Shown here piece after piece: positions 29,157-39,119 of a stretch of 64,000 nucleotides of DNA. This DNA is from a virus. The position numbers and the translations under genes were made by a program. Under the pieces are notes generated by a model. That model saw only the letters and a list, made by a program, of their open reading frames with translations, searched no databases and was not told where the DNA came from. Each line of letters begins with the position of its first letter. Position 1 is the stretch's first letter. The stretch spans positions 14,381 through 78,380 of IMG/VR virus record IMGVR_UViG_3300033821_000019; one strand, 5' to 3'.

Positions 29157-30344
29157 TTAACCAACAGGAAGCTTATCCAAAAAGCCTTCTTTCTTGGCTA
29201 TCAATTCTTTAATTCCACCTCTTTCCACAATGTTTTTGAACTCTTTTTCAAAGCAGAAATACAGCCGTACCACTCCACCCGGCTTTTCTTCCCACCCAGA
29301 AACACCCAACACATCATCCTCAAGTTTCTGAGAAATCTGAGCGCCAGCACCAACCGATACAGATTTAACTTCTTGCTCAAATGCTGTTTCTGGCACACGT
29401 ATTTCTTTCGTGCTCCGTGATATTTTTGTACTACGTAGAATGCCTGATGATGGAGCACTTTTAATTAAATCTGCATCGCTTATAGAACAAGATAGTTCGC
29501 CAGAGTGTGCATCATTACAACAATAGGTATGATGACCGTCATTGTAGATGTTTTCGTTACTATTAAGAGATTGTGTTTTGATATTCCCACAGCCCCAAGT
29601 TGCATCATACGTTTTATACCCCCCATAATTTTTGTATGGGGAATATTCATTAGAACCAGAATTGACACCAATAATTGAAGTATGATAGATATGTTCAACC
29701 CGTGGCATTTCGCGTCTAATTTTAGTCTTGTAAAAAGCAAAACCAAAAGCCGGAACTGTCTTCTCTCTGCCCATAACCAACGAAGCAATATCCCGTGCTT
29801 CATCCTCTGAAAAGAAAAATTGACGCACAGTTCCATCATTACTATTCCTGAAACCATCCCACCAATGCGGAGCAGAACATATATAATTCTGCGCTGGCCA
29901 CTCATATCCACACTTCTGGCAGAATCTTCCATGTGCGAATGGTTCATTATGTCTAGGACAATTATTAGTGTAGCTTTCCAAGCCCAAACCATTCATTTCC
30001 ATTCCAGTAATAGGGTTCATGCCTTTTACGCTTGGAACAACAGCAGTATTGAGAGGGTCATTTTCAGTCCAATCAAACCACAAACCGATATTTACAGAAA
30101 CAGGACAAACATAAGTTCCAGCAGCACGAACCCAATCTTTCGGAGCACCGGGTAAACAAGCAATTGGGAAAACAGGCAGCGGCTCGCCTTTTGGCAAAAC
30201 ATGAACTAATCCATCATCTTTAATGCGCTCTGCTTTCATAAGACGCGCCTTAAACCCGGCGTGTTCCATAACATCCACCCAACCTTTTTTTGCATGTTCC
30301 TGAACGTATGTTGTCGCTGTTCTATAATTAGTATATTGCAACAT
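29157..30344 (-). CDS. Hypothetical protein
   Basis: 395 aa; GLWFDW, QNY...WWDGF...VRQF, GAGAQISQ motifs; CxxH/CxxC insert. Confidence 0.65.
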   Translation of the reverse strand: MLQYTNYRTATTYVQEHAKKGWVDVMEHAGFKARLMKAERIKDDGLVHVLPKGEPLPVFPIACLPGAPKDWVRAAGTYVCPVSVNIGLWFDWTENDPLNTAVVPSVKGMNPITGMEMNGLGLESYTNNCPRHNEPFAHGRFCQKCGYEWPAQNYICSAPHWWDGFRNSNDGTVRQFFFSEDEARDIASLVMGREKTVPAFGFAFYKTKIRREMPRVEHIYHTSIIGVNSGSNEYSPYKNYGGYKTYDATWGCGNIKTQSLNSNENIYNDGHHTYCCNDAHSGELSCSISDADLIKSAPSSGILRSTKISRSTKEIRVPETAFEQEVKSVSVGAGAQISQKLEDDVLGVSGWEEKPGGVVRLYFCFEKEFKNIVERGGIKELIAKKEGFLDKLPVG

Positions 30345-30423
30345 AGTGCATCTCCTTTGTCATAATTCGTCAGAGACTCCCTGCTATTATACTTTAAATA
30401 GCAGGAAGTTTCTGACATTGTTG

Positions 30424-31521
30424 TTAGTATGTACGAGAAGGATTCATTGGGTCTGACACTTCACGCTCTTGTGAGGTTCTGACTTTAATTCTAGGAAGAC
30501 TATCATCAGCCTTACGTTCAAGGTATGTCGCGTAAGCCTTCGGATAATCGTCCTTCAATCCAGCATTACCATCCTTGCTAACAATGCCGTACTGCATCAA
30601 CTCATTGATGAATTGGCCGATATAAGCCTTGTCTTTAGGCGCTTGACCCATTTCATAAACAATACGCGCAAACTGCATCTCTTCGTATTTCTCAACATTC
30701 CATTCACGCTCACATTCATCACAGTAACCATTAACGAGAATAACACCCGGATGAAATGGGCATTGGAACATTGCCAACGAAGGGAAATGGCCTGCACGAT
30801 AGAGACGCTTCAAGACATTCTTCACAGGATAATGCACAGGCGTCTTGCCCTTACGCGCCTGTCTCAGAAGACTCAACGAAGCTTCAACATCAATGGTGCC
30901 TTCCGCTTCGTTCTGGAAGATGATGAAAGGACGCTCATGGGCTTTTTTATCAAGCACTTCAAAGATAGTAGGGTCACAGGTAGGGTTGTATGCCTTGAGC
31001 AATTCTTCATCGCTCCACTGGCCAACAGGACGATTAGCCTTGACAATCGTTTCTATTGCCACTTTGTACTCTTCAATAACAGGCATACCTCTGACTTCTT
31101 TGGTAGCTGCATGAACTTCAGCAATTTGATTTTCAGGTTTTTCGCCAAATGAACACTGACTACCTTCCTTCAAGATGCTCCACAATCTCTTGAAACGAAT
31201 TGGCGGGAGATTGGGTTGACCGTTTTCACAGAAGATACGACGTGCTTCACCCTCTGTGCAGTCGTCAGAAAGAAGCAACTCATGGCTTCCTTCATCACAA
31301 TAAATGCCAAGCTTACAGAGTCTATCCCAAATGTAAGCTTCGGCACTTGATTCAATTGCACAATTGATGCCGTAAATCTTAGGTGCTTCAGTTAAGTCGG
31401 CAGGAAGAGATGCAGTTACACCTTTTGCATTGACTTGTTTCAATGCAGGTTCAATCTCTTTGGCTGCTTTTTTGACTTTGGAAATAAGTGTTTCGACAGA
31501 AGTACGAGTATTTGTAGACAT
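30424..31521 (-). CDS. Hypothetical protein with CPFH...CDEC zinc site
   Basis: ATG at 31521 with GAGAGGA RBS. Confidence 0.7.
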   Translation of the reverse strand: MSTNTRTSVETLISKVKKAAKEIEPALKQVNAKGVTASLPADLTEAPKIYGINCAIESSAEAYIWDRLCKLGIYCDEGSHELLLSDDCTEGEARRIFCENGQPNLPPIRFKRLWSILKEGSQCSFGEKPENQIAEVHAATKEVRGMPVIEEYKVAIETIVKANRPVGQWSDEELLKAYNPTCDPTIFEVLDKKAHERPFIIFQNEAEGTIDVEASLSLLRQARKGKTPVHYPVKNVLKRLYRAGHFPSLAMFQCPFHPGVILVNGYCDECEREWNVEKYEEMQFARIVYEMGQAPKDKAYIGQFINELMQYGIVSKDGNAGLKDDYPKAYATYLERKADDSLPRIKVRTSQEREVSDPMNPSRTY

Positions 31522-31743
31522 GTTTTTGTTCCTCTCTTCACGCTTGTTTTGTGACTTGCCTATGGTCACGTCGCTGACTGCATTACGAACTTCCCCAATG
31601 GAAGTGTAAATTCGCTCAGCTTTTCAGGCACTGCTGACTGCTATTTTATTATTCACTCTTTGTCTTTAGTGTCACCTCCTTCTATAAAATCATTCAACCT
31701 CATAAAAGATTGTATCCAACACACCTAGATAATTATAAAAAAA

Positions 31744-32241
31744 TTATGACTTTCTTGCAGCCCACTCTAAAGGGAGTCTGATATACTGTACTTTTTCATC
31801 GTCGTCAGCATCATAAACAAGCCATTGCAGAATCCTCAGTTTTATGTCGTCTGCCTGTTGAACAATAGGCTTTTTCATGGTCTTCATAATAGCCGCAATC
31901 TTCTCTTTGGCTTCTGCAACAGTCTTAGGTGTCTCAGGATTTTCTCGTATCTCGTTGTATTCTTTAATATGCTCTTCTTCTTTGTACACATCCACATAAA
32001 ACACACCAACGTCTTTTGGAGCGGCAAATCCTTTGTTCGCAATCAACCAATCTGCAAATCCCAATGTTTCAGATGTTTCAACCGCATGTAGTTCCTTAAG
32101 CTTATATTTGCGATAGCCTAAAGCTCTGTACTCTGCGTGTAGCTTTTTCAAGTTGCTTTTAGGTGGTCCAAAAACAATCGTCACCCCGCGATTATCTTCT
32201 TCATAGCCATTTTCACAAAGCACAAAAATTTTCTGTTTCAT
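31744..32241 (-). CDS. Hypothetical protein
   Basis: ATG at 32241 with AAGGAG RBS and TATAAT upstream. Confidence 0.65.
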   Translation of the reverse strand: MKQKIFVLCENGYEEDNRGVTIVFGPPKSNLKKLHAEYRALGYRKYKLKELHAVETSETLGFADWLIANKGFAAPKDVGVFYVDVYKEEEHIKEYNEIRENPETPKTVAEAKEKIAAIMKTMKKPIVQQADDIKLRILQWLVYDADDDEKVQYIRLPLEWAARKS

Positions 32242-32271
32242 GGTTTCTCCTTTTGTCATTACCATTATACA

Positions 32272-32302
32272 AAAAAGAATGGGGTTTTTAGCCCCATTCT
32301 TT
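32272..32302 (-). terminator. Intrinsic terminator after Ro60/TROVE
   Basis: aaagaatgggg/ccccattcttt stem + U run. Confidence 0.75.
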
Positions 32303-32333
32303 CCGCACCCCGCTACCATTTTTATTTCGGGCT

Positions 32334-34136
32334 TTACCACTTAGACCGAATCTGGTCAATCGTTGGAATAGGTGCCTTCTCTTCCTTCTTGACGACACTT
32401 TCCGTCTCCAAAAGCATACTGAAAATCTTCTCAGAGAATCCACCAACCAAATTCACCTTCTTTGTTGCCTCATTGACAGGCGTATCACCATAACCATGCA
32501 AGTTCACAGAATGCAGCCAACAATTCGGATGCTTCTGTTTGAACTTCTGCCATTCGCCATTCAACGAACCGTCAAACCCGCCGTAGCCGTCATTCCAACA
32601 CTGCATGTCGCTCAGAATGATAACACGGTCTGGATTGACATTATTTTTCGCCATCCACTGCACACAGCGATGTGCGTTGGTTGAACAGCCATTGGTATCC
32701 GCCTTCTCCAATTTCTTAGAGATGTCAATAATGGTCGTGTTCTTTGTGTAGTGAACTTGTGCCACATCAGTACCGAAAGCGCACAAGAGAGCACTACCTT
32801 CAGAACGCTTTGCAATCATTCCAGCCAACACATTCGCAGCTTTCAGACACGTAATCTGGCTCTTGTCTGAAACCGGCGAAGTCATGGAACCGGAATTGTC
32901 GGCAAAAACAGCCGTCATTCCCGGCATTTCTGGAACATTCTGACAAGCCAAATCAATGGCATTTTCAATTGCTTCCAAAAGCTTCTGCTTGTGGCGCGGA
33001 TTGGCCTTATCTTCCTTTTTTGGCTCTTCGTCGTAACTATAGCCATAAGGATTTGGCTGTCCTTCAACAGCGTCATAAGCAGCCACGAAGCGGAATGGAA
33101 GCTGACGGCTCTTCTTAACTTCTTCCGCGTCAGACAGCATGGCATAGACGCTTTCAATCGTTGCATCTGAAACATTAGCCGATGCCACATTGCGAAGGTT
33201 ACGCAACATAGCCATATAGCCAAGAAGCTTTTCGGCAATCAGGTATTCCCAAACTGCCCGCTTGTTTTCACCGCTCTGGCCAAACTGAGACAAAACGACT
33301 TCCCAATTGGCCATTGACTGTGTGACCAATTCCCTAGCCTTATCGTCAAAAATCTTGCACTGCTTCAGGTCTTCACGTGCCGCAACGATTGGCAAAGCTG
33401 CCCTGTCAACTGTGCCGTGAGTCATGTACGTGCGGAGAGGCATCGGCAAAGGATAATCCTTCTTGCGATAAATCCAATGCAGAACATCCTTCCATTTCGG
33501 GAATTCGGAACTGTTGTACTTCAACAATCCACGCTCACCGAAATTATGAAGTGCATCAGCTAGACCACGGCTCAAACAATTCTTTAAGCACTTTGGGCCG
33601 AAAAAGAAACGATGCAGCATCAAACACGTCTTGATTTCATCAGGACGGATTGCAACCTTTGGCATGTACTGACGGACAAACTGCTGTCCCTTTGGATGGA
33701 TAGATGCCACAACCATAAGAACTTGCGGTGTCAAACGGATGTTCATATCATTGCGCAACCAAGCTGCAATGCTGAACAAATCCTTCGGGTTTGGGCCATT
33801 CAAAATACTGATAGCTGCCGCAAGAATTTCTTGGGACACACTATCCAACTCAGGACAATCAACAAATTTCTTAATCTTTTCGCCTGCCATTTCAATGCGG
33901 GACACAAAATCTTCCGCATCCTTCCTGATGACGTTAGGATTTGGCTTCCAGACGTTATCATTGTAATACTTCGGCTCAGCGAAGAAAGCTCCCGCCGTCA
34001 TAGTAATGAGCTTTACAGCAGGATTTTTGATTTCCCACGCAACACCGCCAGCACGGTTCACGCTGGCTCCCTTATCTTGGTTTTGGATGGAAGTAGAAAC
34101 CGACTTGGCCTTCATTAATTTCTTCATCGTGCTCAT
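32334..34136 (-). CDS. rsr: Ro60-related TROVE + vWA RNA-binding protein
   Basis: NRAGG N-terminus, LGYMAMLRNLRN, SRQLPFRF, FADNSGSM MIDAS, IILSDMQ, GFSEKIF. Confidence 0.92.
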   Translation of the reverse strand: MSTMKKLMKAKSVSTSIQNQDKGASVNRAGGVAWEIKNPAVKLITMTAGAFFAEPKYYNDNVWKPNPNVIRKDAEDFVSRIEMAGEKIKKFVDCPELDSVSQEILAAAISILNGPNPKDLFSIAAWLRNDMNIRLTPQVLMVVASIHPKGQQFVRQYMPKVAIRPDEIKTCLMLHRFFFGPKCLKNCLSRGLADALHNFGERGLLKYNSSEFPKWKDVLHWIYRKKDYPLPMPLRTYMTHGTVDRAALPIVAAREDLKQCKIFDDKARELVTQSMANWEVVLSQFGQSGENKRAVWEYLIAEKLLGYMAMLRNLRNVASANVSDATIESVYAMLSDAEEVKKSRQLPFRFVAAYDAVEGQPNPYGYSYDEEPKKEDKANPRHKQKLLEAIENAIDLACQNVPEMPGMTAVFADNSGSMTSPVSDKSQITCLKAANVLAGMIAKRSEGSALLCAFGTDVAQVHYTKNTTIIDISKKLEKADTNGCSTNAHRCVQWMAKNNVNPDRVIILSDMQCWNDGYGGFDGSLNGEWQKFKQKHPNCWLHSVNLHGYGDTPVNEATKKVNLVGGFSEKIFSMLLETESVVKKEEKAPIPTIDQIRSKW

Positions 34137-34159
34137 ATTACATCTCCTTGTTGCGAAGT

Positions 34160-34270
34160 GTGCCTTAACAAGAATCCATCAATCCCAAAAACTAAGACAG
34201 GCTGGTTTCGTTTATGATAGAAGTAAGCCGGTCTTGAAGTGGATTGATTTCAATTCTTGCCATTAAGCAC
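34160..34270 (-). ncRNA. Y-RNA-like long hairpin 2 (candidate Ro60 partner)
   Basis: nested stems gtgc/ttaa/caagaat/atcaatcc/aagac/ggct; core ggcttacttc...gaaaccagcc shared with hairpin 1. Confidence 0.6.
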
Positions 34271-34275
34271 CAATC

Positions 34276-34346
34276 TGCTAATACCGAAAAGTTTGGCTTG
34301 GCTGGTTTCATTCAGAGAAGTAAGCCATGCCAGAAGCGTATCAGCA
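34276..34346 (-). ncRNA. Y-RNA-like hairpin 1 (candidate Ro60 partner)
   Basis: tgctgatac/gtattagca outer stem, same ggcttacttc...gaaaccagcc core; TTGAAA-N16-TATTAT promoter just upstream. Confidence 0.6.
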
Positions 34347-34406
34347 TTATGATAATACACGCAAGAATGAACTTTTCAAGAAGAAAATTGAAAAATTTCG
34401 CTTTTT

Positions 34407-34673
34407 CTAAAACTGCGGTTTTTGCTCTGCAACCCGTGTAATAGTGCCATCTGGACCTATTTTATCTTCTTTGCCTACATGGTATTTAACCTGTATCAAT
34501 TCGGCTGTCAAAGAGAAAATTTTCTGTGCGTTCTCGATGTCCTTTTTTAGTTCTTCAAGCCGTTTTCCTGCTTCACGATATCTTGCCCAATCTTCAGGCG
34601 ACACTCCTTCTCTGCCTGCTACTCCCGGCAGTCCTTCATTGTGTCCTCTTTTATCTTCATCTTTGTAATCCAT
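34407..34673 (-). CDS. Hypothetical protein
   Basis: 88 aa, AAGGAG RBS. Confidence 0.65.
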   Translation of the reverse strand: MDYKDEDKRGHNEGLPGVAGREGVSPEDWARYREAGKRLEELKKDIENAQKIFSLTAELIQVKYHVGKEDKIGPDGTITRVAEQKPQF

Positions 34674-34861
34674 CGGGCGTCTCCTTTTTCATTAATGGGA
34701 CAGTGGGACAAAAATATCTCACAACTTTTTCACTCTGCATTATACAATAGAACTATATGGGCTTGAACGCAATTCCGATATGGTGGATTCACTCATAATT
34801 TTCTTATAGATGGTCAACCACAGAGAGTCTTTTTCTTCTCACCATTTTGAGGGACAAACGT

Positions 34862-35974
34862 ATGCAAGCCGACAATAAAGACAACAATAAAGACAATCGA
34901 ATCAGACTCAACACAGAAGAAATGGAACTAATTAAATTGTATCGTGAAACTGGAACAATACCCGACACCTATGTTATTAATTCAGATTTAAACGTCAACA
35001 AGCTTCGCGGTAAACATGCGGAGCTTCAGCGCAGATATAAGACCACGCTAGAAGAATTAGAGCACGCCAACATTCAAATCAACACTTTGATTGATTTGAA
35101 AGATGTTAAAATCGAAAAGATGGTTTTTGGTGAACAGCACAAGGGACAGACCGGCAACGCTACTGCTGTCATGGTTGCCTCTGATTGGCATCTTGAAGAA
35201 AAAGTAGAGCCAGCACAAGTCAGTGGCAAGAATCAATACAACATACAAATTGCTGCTAAACGTGCTACTAAATTCTTTGAAAAAGGTTTGTTTTTGACAA
35301 ATCTTATTCGCCAAGGAATCAAAATCAACAGGCTCGTATTAGCTCTGCTTGGCGATTTCATTTCTGGTTATATCCACGAAGAATTGATGGAAGATAATCA
35401 ATTAAGCCCAACAGAAGCCATTCTTTTCTGCAAGAAGATTTTAATTTCCGGCATTGAAAAGCTGATAGAAGACGGCGACTTTGAAGAAATCATTATTCCT
35501 TGCTGCTATGGTAACCACGGCAGAACAGGGCAAAAGATGAAAATTTCCACCGGCTATAAGAATAGTTTTGAATGGTTAATGTATAAGGATTTGGAAACAT
35601 ACTTCCAAAAAGAAAAGAGAGTAAAGATTGTCGTCGCTAATGGTTATCATAACACCATCAATCTTTATGGCAAATATCCAATAAGATTCCACCATGGCGA
35701 TTCTATCAAATATGGTGGTGGTATTGGCGGCATCACAGTACCCGCTAATAGGGGAATTGCGCAGTGGAATACCCAAGGCGCAGTATATATAGATTGTTTT
35801 GCTCATTTCCATCAGTTTATAGACAATGGTAATTTTATTTGTAATGGTTCGTTGATAGGTTACAATGCTTTTGCCAATTCCATCAAGGCTCCATTTGAGG
35901 AACCCAAACAAACCTTTTTTGTAATAGACGCTGATAGAGGTAAAATTTTGACAGCACCTATTTTTGTAGAGTAA
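34862..35974 (+). CDS. Calcineurin-like metallophosphoesterase with N-terminal coiled coil
   Basis: SDWH, LGDFI, GNHG, HHGD, AHFH motifs. Confidence 0.85.
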   Translation: MQADNKDNNKDNRIRLNTEEMELIKLYRETGTIPDTYVINSDLNVNKLRGKHAELQRRYKTTLEELEHANIQINTLIDLKDVKIEKMVFGEQHKGQTGNATAVMVASDWHLEEKVEPAQVSGKNQYNIQIAAKRATKFFEKGLFLTNLIRQGIKINRLVLALLGDFISGYIHEELMEDNQLSPTEAILFCKKILISGIEKLIEDGDFEEIIIPCCYGNHGRTGQKMKISTGYKNSFEWLMYKDLETYFQKEKRVKIVVANGYHNTINLYGKYPIRFHHGDSIKYGGGIGGITVPANRGIAQWNTQGAVYIDCFAHFHQFIDNGNFICNGSLIGYNAFANSIKAPFEEPKQTFFVIDADRGKILTAPIFVE

Positions 35975-35985
35975 GGGATACTCAT

Positions 35986-36564
35986 ATGCCATATAAAGAC
36001 CCACAAAAAGAAAAACTCAGGCAAAAAAAAAGAAAGGAAACTCCTCAATATAAAGAGTGGTTACACAATTATTTAAAAGAATATAGAAAAACTACAAAAT
36101 ATAAACAAAGTCGTCAATCATATCTAAACTCTAAATCTGGCAAAGCTGTTATAAAAAAAGCCAAAGCAAAATATCGCAGTTGTGAAGCAAATCGTAAAAA
36201 AGAAATAGAAACTGGACGAAGATACAGAGAAAAAAATAGAGAATTGATTAATAAAAAATCACGACTTAGAGGAAGAATAGTGCGTTTAAAAAAACGCGGA
36301 TTGACAAAGCAATCTTATAAGAATATCCTACTTTCACAAAATAACTTATGTGCACTATGTTATAAGCCATTCACTAAAAACAATAAACCTTGCATGGACC
36401 ATTGCCATTTAACAAACAAATTTCGTGGCTTACTTCACAACCAATGCAATTTATTATTAGGCATAGCAAAAGATTCAACTGAGCTATTGTCAAATGCAAT
36501 AAAATATTTGAAAAAAACATCAACCACAAACCAAGGACAAAAATATGAAAAAGTTATTAGTTAG
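35986..36564 (+). CDS. Endonuclease VII-like HNH homing endonuclease
   Basis: QNNLCALC...MDHCH...RGLLHNQCNLLLG. Confidence 0.85.
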   Translation: MPYKDPQKEKLRQKKRKETPQYKEWLHNYLKEYRKTTKYKQSRQSYLNSKSGKAVIKKAKAKYRSCEANRKKEIETGRRYREKNRELINKKSRLRGRIVRLKKRGLTKQSYKNILLSQNNLCALCYKPFTKNNKPCMDHCHLTNKFRGLLHNQCNLLLGIAKDSTELLSNAIKYLKKTSTTNQGQKYEKVIS

Positions 36565-36844
36565 TATATCTGTTGTATGTATTATCGGCTTGTCTGGTTG
36601 TGCAGAAACAAAAAGAGTAGCAAGAGAAACGCACACCATGACAGCAGTATTTTCCGCTCAAGTAAAGGCTGGTAAAACAACAAGAGAACAAGAGCAGAAA
36701 TTTATCTATGCCATGAAGGATGTAACCGCTACGCTAGACGCTTCTATTAGAGGAACGAAAGCAGCAACCAAAACCACACAAGAAGCAGAAGCAATGGCTG
36801 CTGGCATTGACGTAACTAAACCAGCCAATTTGGACGGCAAGTAG
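36545..36844 (+). CDS. Small lipoprotein
   Basis: MKK-hydrophobic-LSG|C lipobox. Confidence 0.75.
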   Translation: MKKLLVSISVVCIIGLSGCAETKRVARETHTMTAVFSAQVKAGKTTREQEQKFIYAMKDVTATLDASIRGTKAATKTTQEAEAMAAGIDVTKPANLDGK

Positions 36845-37091
36845 ATTTTATTCTTTAATAAGTTCGCGGTTAAATACAGGCAATTCACCATCTGCCTGTA
36901 TTTCGACAGAAGTAGAATCGAGTTGAACTGTTACCAAACCTTGATTTAATTTATCTACAGCTATAACAATTCCGATTGGGTAACCATTAGCATATACCAC
37001 TTCGCCGATATTCATTGTTGGTGGATTGACTACTTGAACCACGCTTGTTGAAATTTCAATATTGTTTGGTCCACAAGCACACATAATCATT

Positions 37092-37514
37092 CTATAGCAA
37101 ACCAATGAGAATCTTGATTATCGCTGGTGCCACACTAGCAATCAAGAAAGTCTTGGCAGCAGCTTCAAACTTATCCCTATCTTTATTGTACTCGTCAAGC
37201 GTCATATAATTCTGGTTCATTCTGGCAATAATGTCATCAGCAGTCATGTTCTTTGCCAAGAGGTTAAATGCCTCTTCTTCTTTTCTTTCAAAAATAAGCA
37301 CCAAGAAATCCTTGAACAAATCTTTGCCGATATGAATAAGAAGTGTCTTATTGTCTTTGAAAAAGCTGATGAAATCCAGGGCTAGAGTGGTCTTAATTAC
37401 TTGACCACCAATTTCGAATTGAATAGTGCCGGAACTTGCGGCATTAAAGTAAGTAATAAGATTGTCTACCCAATCCGTTGAAGCATCTCTGACGCTTATA
37501 TTTTGAGAATCCAT
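37092..37514 (-). CDS. Hypothetical protein with C-terminal hydrophobic helix
   Basis: 140 aa, AGGAG RBS. Confidence 0.65.
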   Translation of the reverse strand: MDSQNISVRDASTDWVDNLITYFNAASSGTIQFEIGGQVIKTTLALDFISFFKDNKTLLIHIGKDLFKDFLVLIFERKEEEAFNLLAKNMTADDIIARMNQNYMTLDEYNKDRDKFEAAAKTFLIASVAPAIIKILIGLL

Positions 37515-37531
37515 CTGTTTTATATTCTCCT

Positions 37532-37783
37532 TTAAGGCTTGAGCATTTCCATAATATCTTCGATAGCACCTTGGGCATTTTGATACCTTGATGCTATGCG
37601 GTGAATGTATGGTATATCAGAGTATTGGTCTAGTTTACCAAAAGCGTCATCAAGAACAAGACGGGCCTTGGCAAATTCGTTGCGAGCCACAGCAGCATCT
37701 TCACGAGTATATGGTTTGCCTTTGAAGCCCATAAGCATTTTAGCCGCCTTAACCAATTCTCTAGCCACACGCATTCTGTTCAT
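37532..37783 (-). CDS. Small protein with VARELVKAAK tag
   Basis: MNRMRVARELVKAAKMLMG. Confidence 0.7.
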   Translation of the reverse strand: MNRMRVARELVKAAKMLMGFKGKPYTREDAAVARNEFAKARLVLDDAFGKLDQYSDIPYIHRIASRYQNAQGAIEDIMEMLKP

Positions 37784-37793
37784 GATATGTCCC

Positions 37794-38000
37794 TTATTTT
37801 TTACCTCTCAAACTTGCATCCCCTTCGTAAGCTTTTTTGATGTTTTTGACCATGATGGAAGCTCTGACGCGACTAATATTTTTTTGTTGCATTTTGTCGG
37901 CGCAAGAGGCACAGACAGTACGCATCTGGTCAACAGTAATCCATTCGTTGTCCAGAAGACTTGCTATTTTGTTTAATTCGGTAAGAACTTTGGGGTTCAT
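37794..38000 (-). CDS. Small CxxC protein with tag-like N-terminus
   Basis: MNPKVLTELNKIASLL; GAGGAG RBS. Confidence 0.65.
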   Translation of the reverse strand: MNPKVLTELNKIASLLDNEWITVDQMRTVCASCADKMQQKNISRVRASIMVKNIKKAYEGDASLRGKK

Positions 38001-38049
38001 AATACTCTCCTCAACCACAATCCACTATAAGGAGAGTATAAAAAAACTA

Positions 38050-39030
38050 TTAGTGGCTAGTCAAATCCCAAAGAAAACTAGTTAAAGTACGGGGATTTTT
38101 AGCTAAATTGTCTAATCTCTTCACTGCCGCATAATGTGCCTTAAGGTCTTCTCTCTGTCTCTCTGTAAGATTTTCTTCCGGCTCTGTAAAAATGGGGGCA
38201 GAATATCTAGATTCTTTAACTTCCTTTTTCCCTTCTGCATCCTTATTAGCAATACTTTTCCTAACTTTTTCTACAAAAGCCTCATCAGGAACACCGTAAT
38301 TCTTGTGGAGAACTTCAACAAGAGTTTCTACCACAGGGGCTTCGGCAGTTTGTTCTGCTGGTTTAATAGTTTCAATTACTTTTGTTGGCACTTCAACAAT
38401 TGGTTCAGCACTGATTACAACTTCCGATTTTACGGCAGATTTTTGATTCTTCTTTTCGCAAAATTGTCCATAGTGTTTCCTGCAATAACCCTTACCATGA
38501 TGTTTGTCTGTGCAACCTTCAATAGAGCATGTTCTAATTGCTGTTTTCATAGGCTTTTTATTAACGGATACTTCTTCAACAATCATTTGTTTAACAGGCT
38601 TTTTTGCAGATACTTTGGCAGGCTTATTCTCATAATGTTTCCTACAATAGCCTTTAGCATGATGTTTGTCTGTGCAACCTTCAACAGAACATGTTTTGAC
38701 GGGACTATCCTTCATACTCCGATAATGTTTCTTGCAATAGCCCTTCGCATGATGCTTGGTCTTACAGCCACGAATTAAGCACTTCTTTTTTGCCTGCTTC
38801 CCAATGGTATCTTTTTTGTCTTTTTTGTCTGTAGGAATGTCGCTATGCTCCGATTGTGAAGGCACATCTTCCGGCGATACCTTATCCATATCAACATGCG
38901 GTATGTTTTTGACTATAGTATTATCTTCCTTAACTGATTTGTCACACAACATGATTTTATGTTTGGAGATTCTTTTGAAGCTACGGTTAATGGTCTGTAG
39001 ATTTTTGAGATAATCGGTAGCATTACTCAT
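38050..39030 (-). CDS. Protein with three CxxxGC...HxKGYCxKHY zinc-binding repeats
   Basis: repeats visible in translation; ATG at 39030. Confidence 0.7.
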   Translation of the reverse strand: MSNATDYLKNLQTINRSFKRISKHKIMLCDKSVKEDNTIVKNIPHVDMDKVSPEDVPSQSEHSDIPTDKKDKKDTIGKQAKKKCLIRGCKTKHHAKGYCKKHYRSMKDSPVKTCSVEGCTDKHHAKGYCRKHYENKPAKVSAKKPVKQMIVEEVSVNKKPMKTAIRTCSIEGCTDKHHGKGYCRKHYGQFCEKKNQKSAVKSEVVISAEPIVEVPTKVIETIKPAEQTAEAPVVETLVEVLHKNYGVPDEAFVEKVRKSIANKDAEGKKEVKESRYSAPIFTEPEENLTERQREDLKAHYAAVKRLDNLAKNPRTLTSFLWDLTSH

Positions 39031-39119
39031 TGTAAGCCTCACTCGATAAAATGGGTTGACAAATCGCTCATCCACTTCCACAAAGGCCATCATCATTGTA
39101 CCACAAAGCCATTCTGTTT

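Noticed and set aside
4812-33966. Many plus-strand ORFs in the track (e.g. 6401-6880, 8138-8602, 22529-23071)
   Set aside because: Antisense shadows of well-supported minus-strand genes, with no recognisable motifs.
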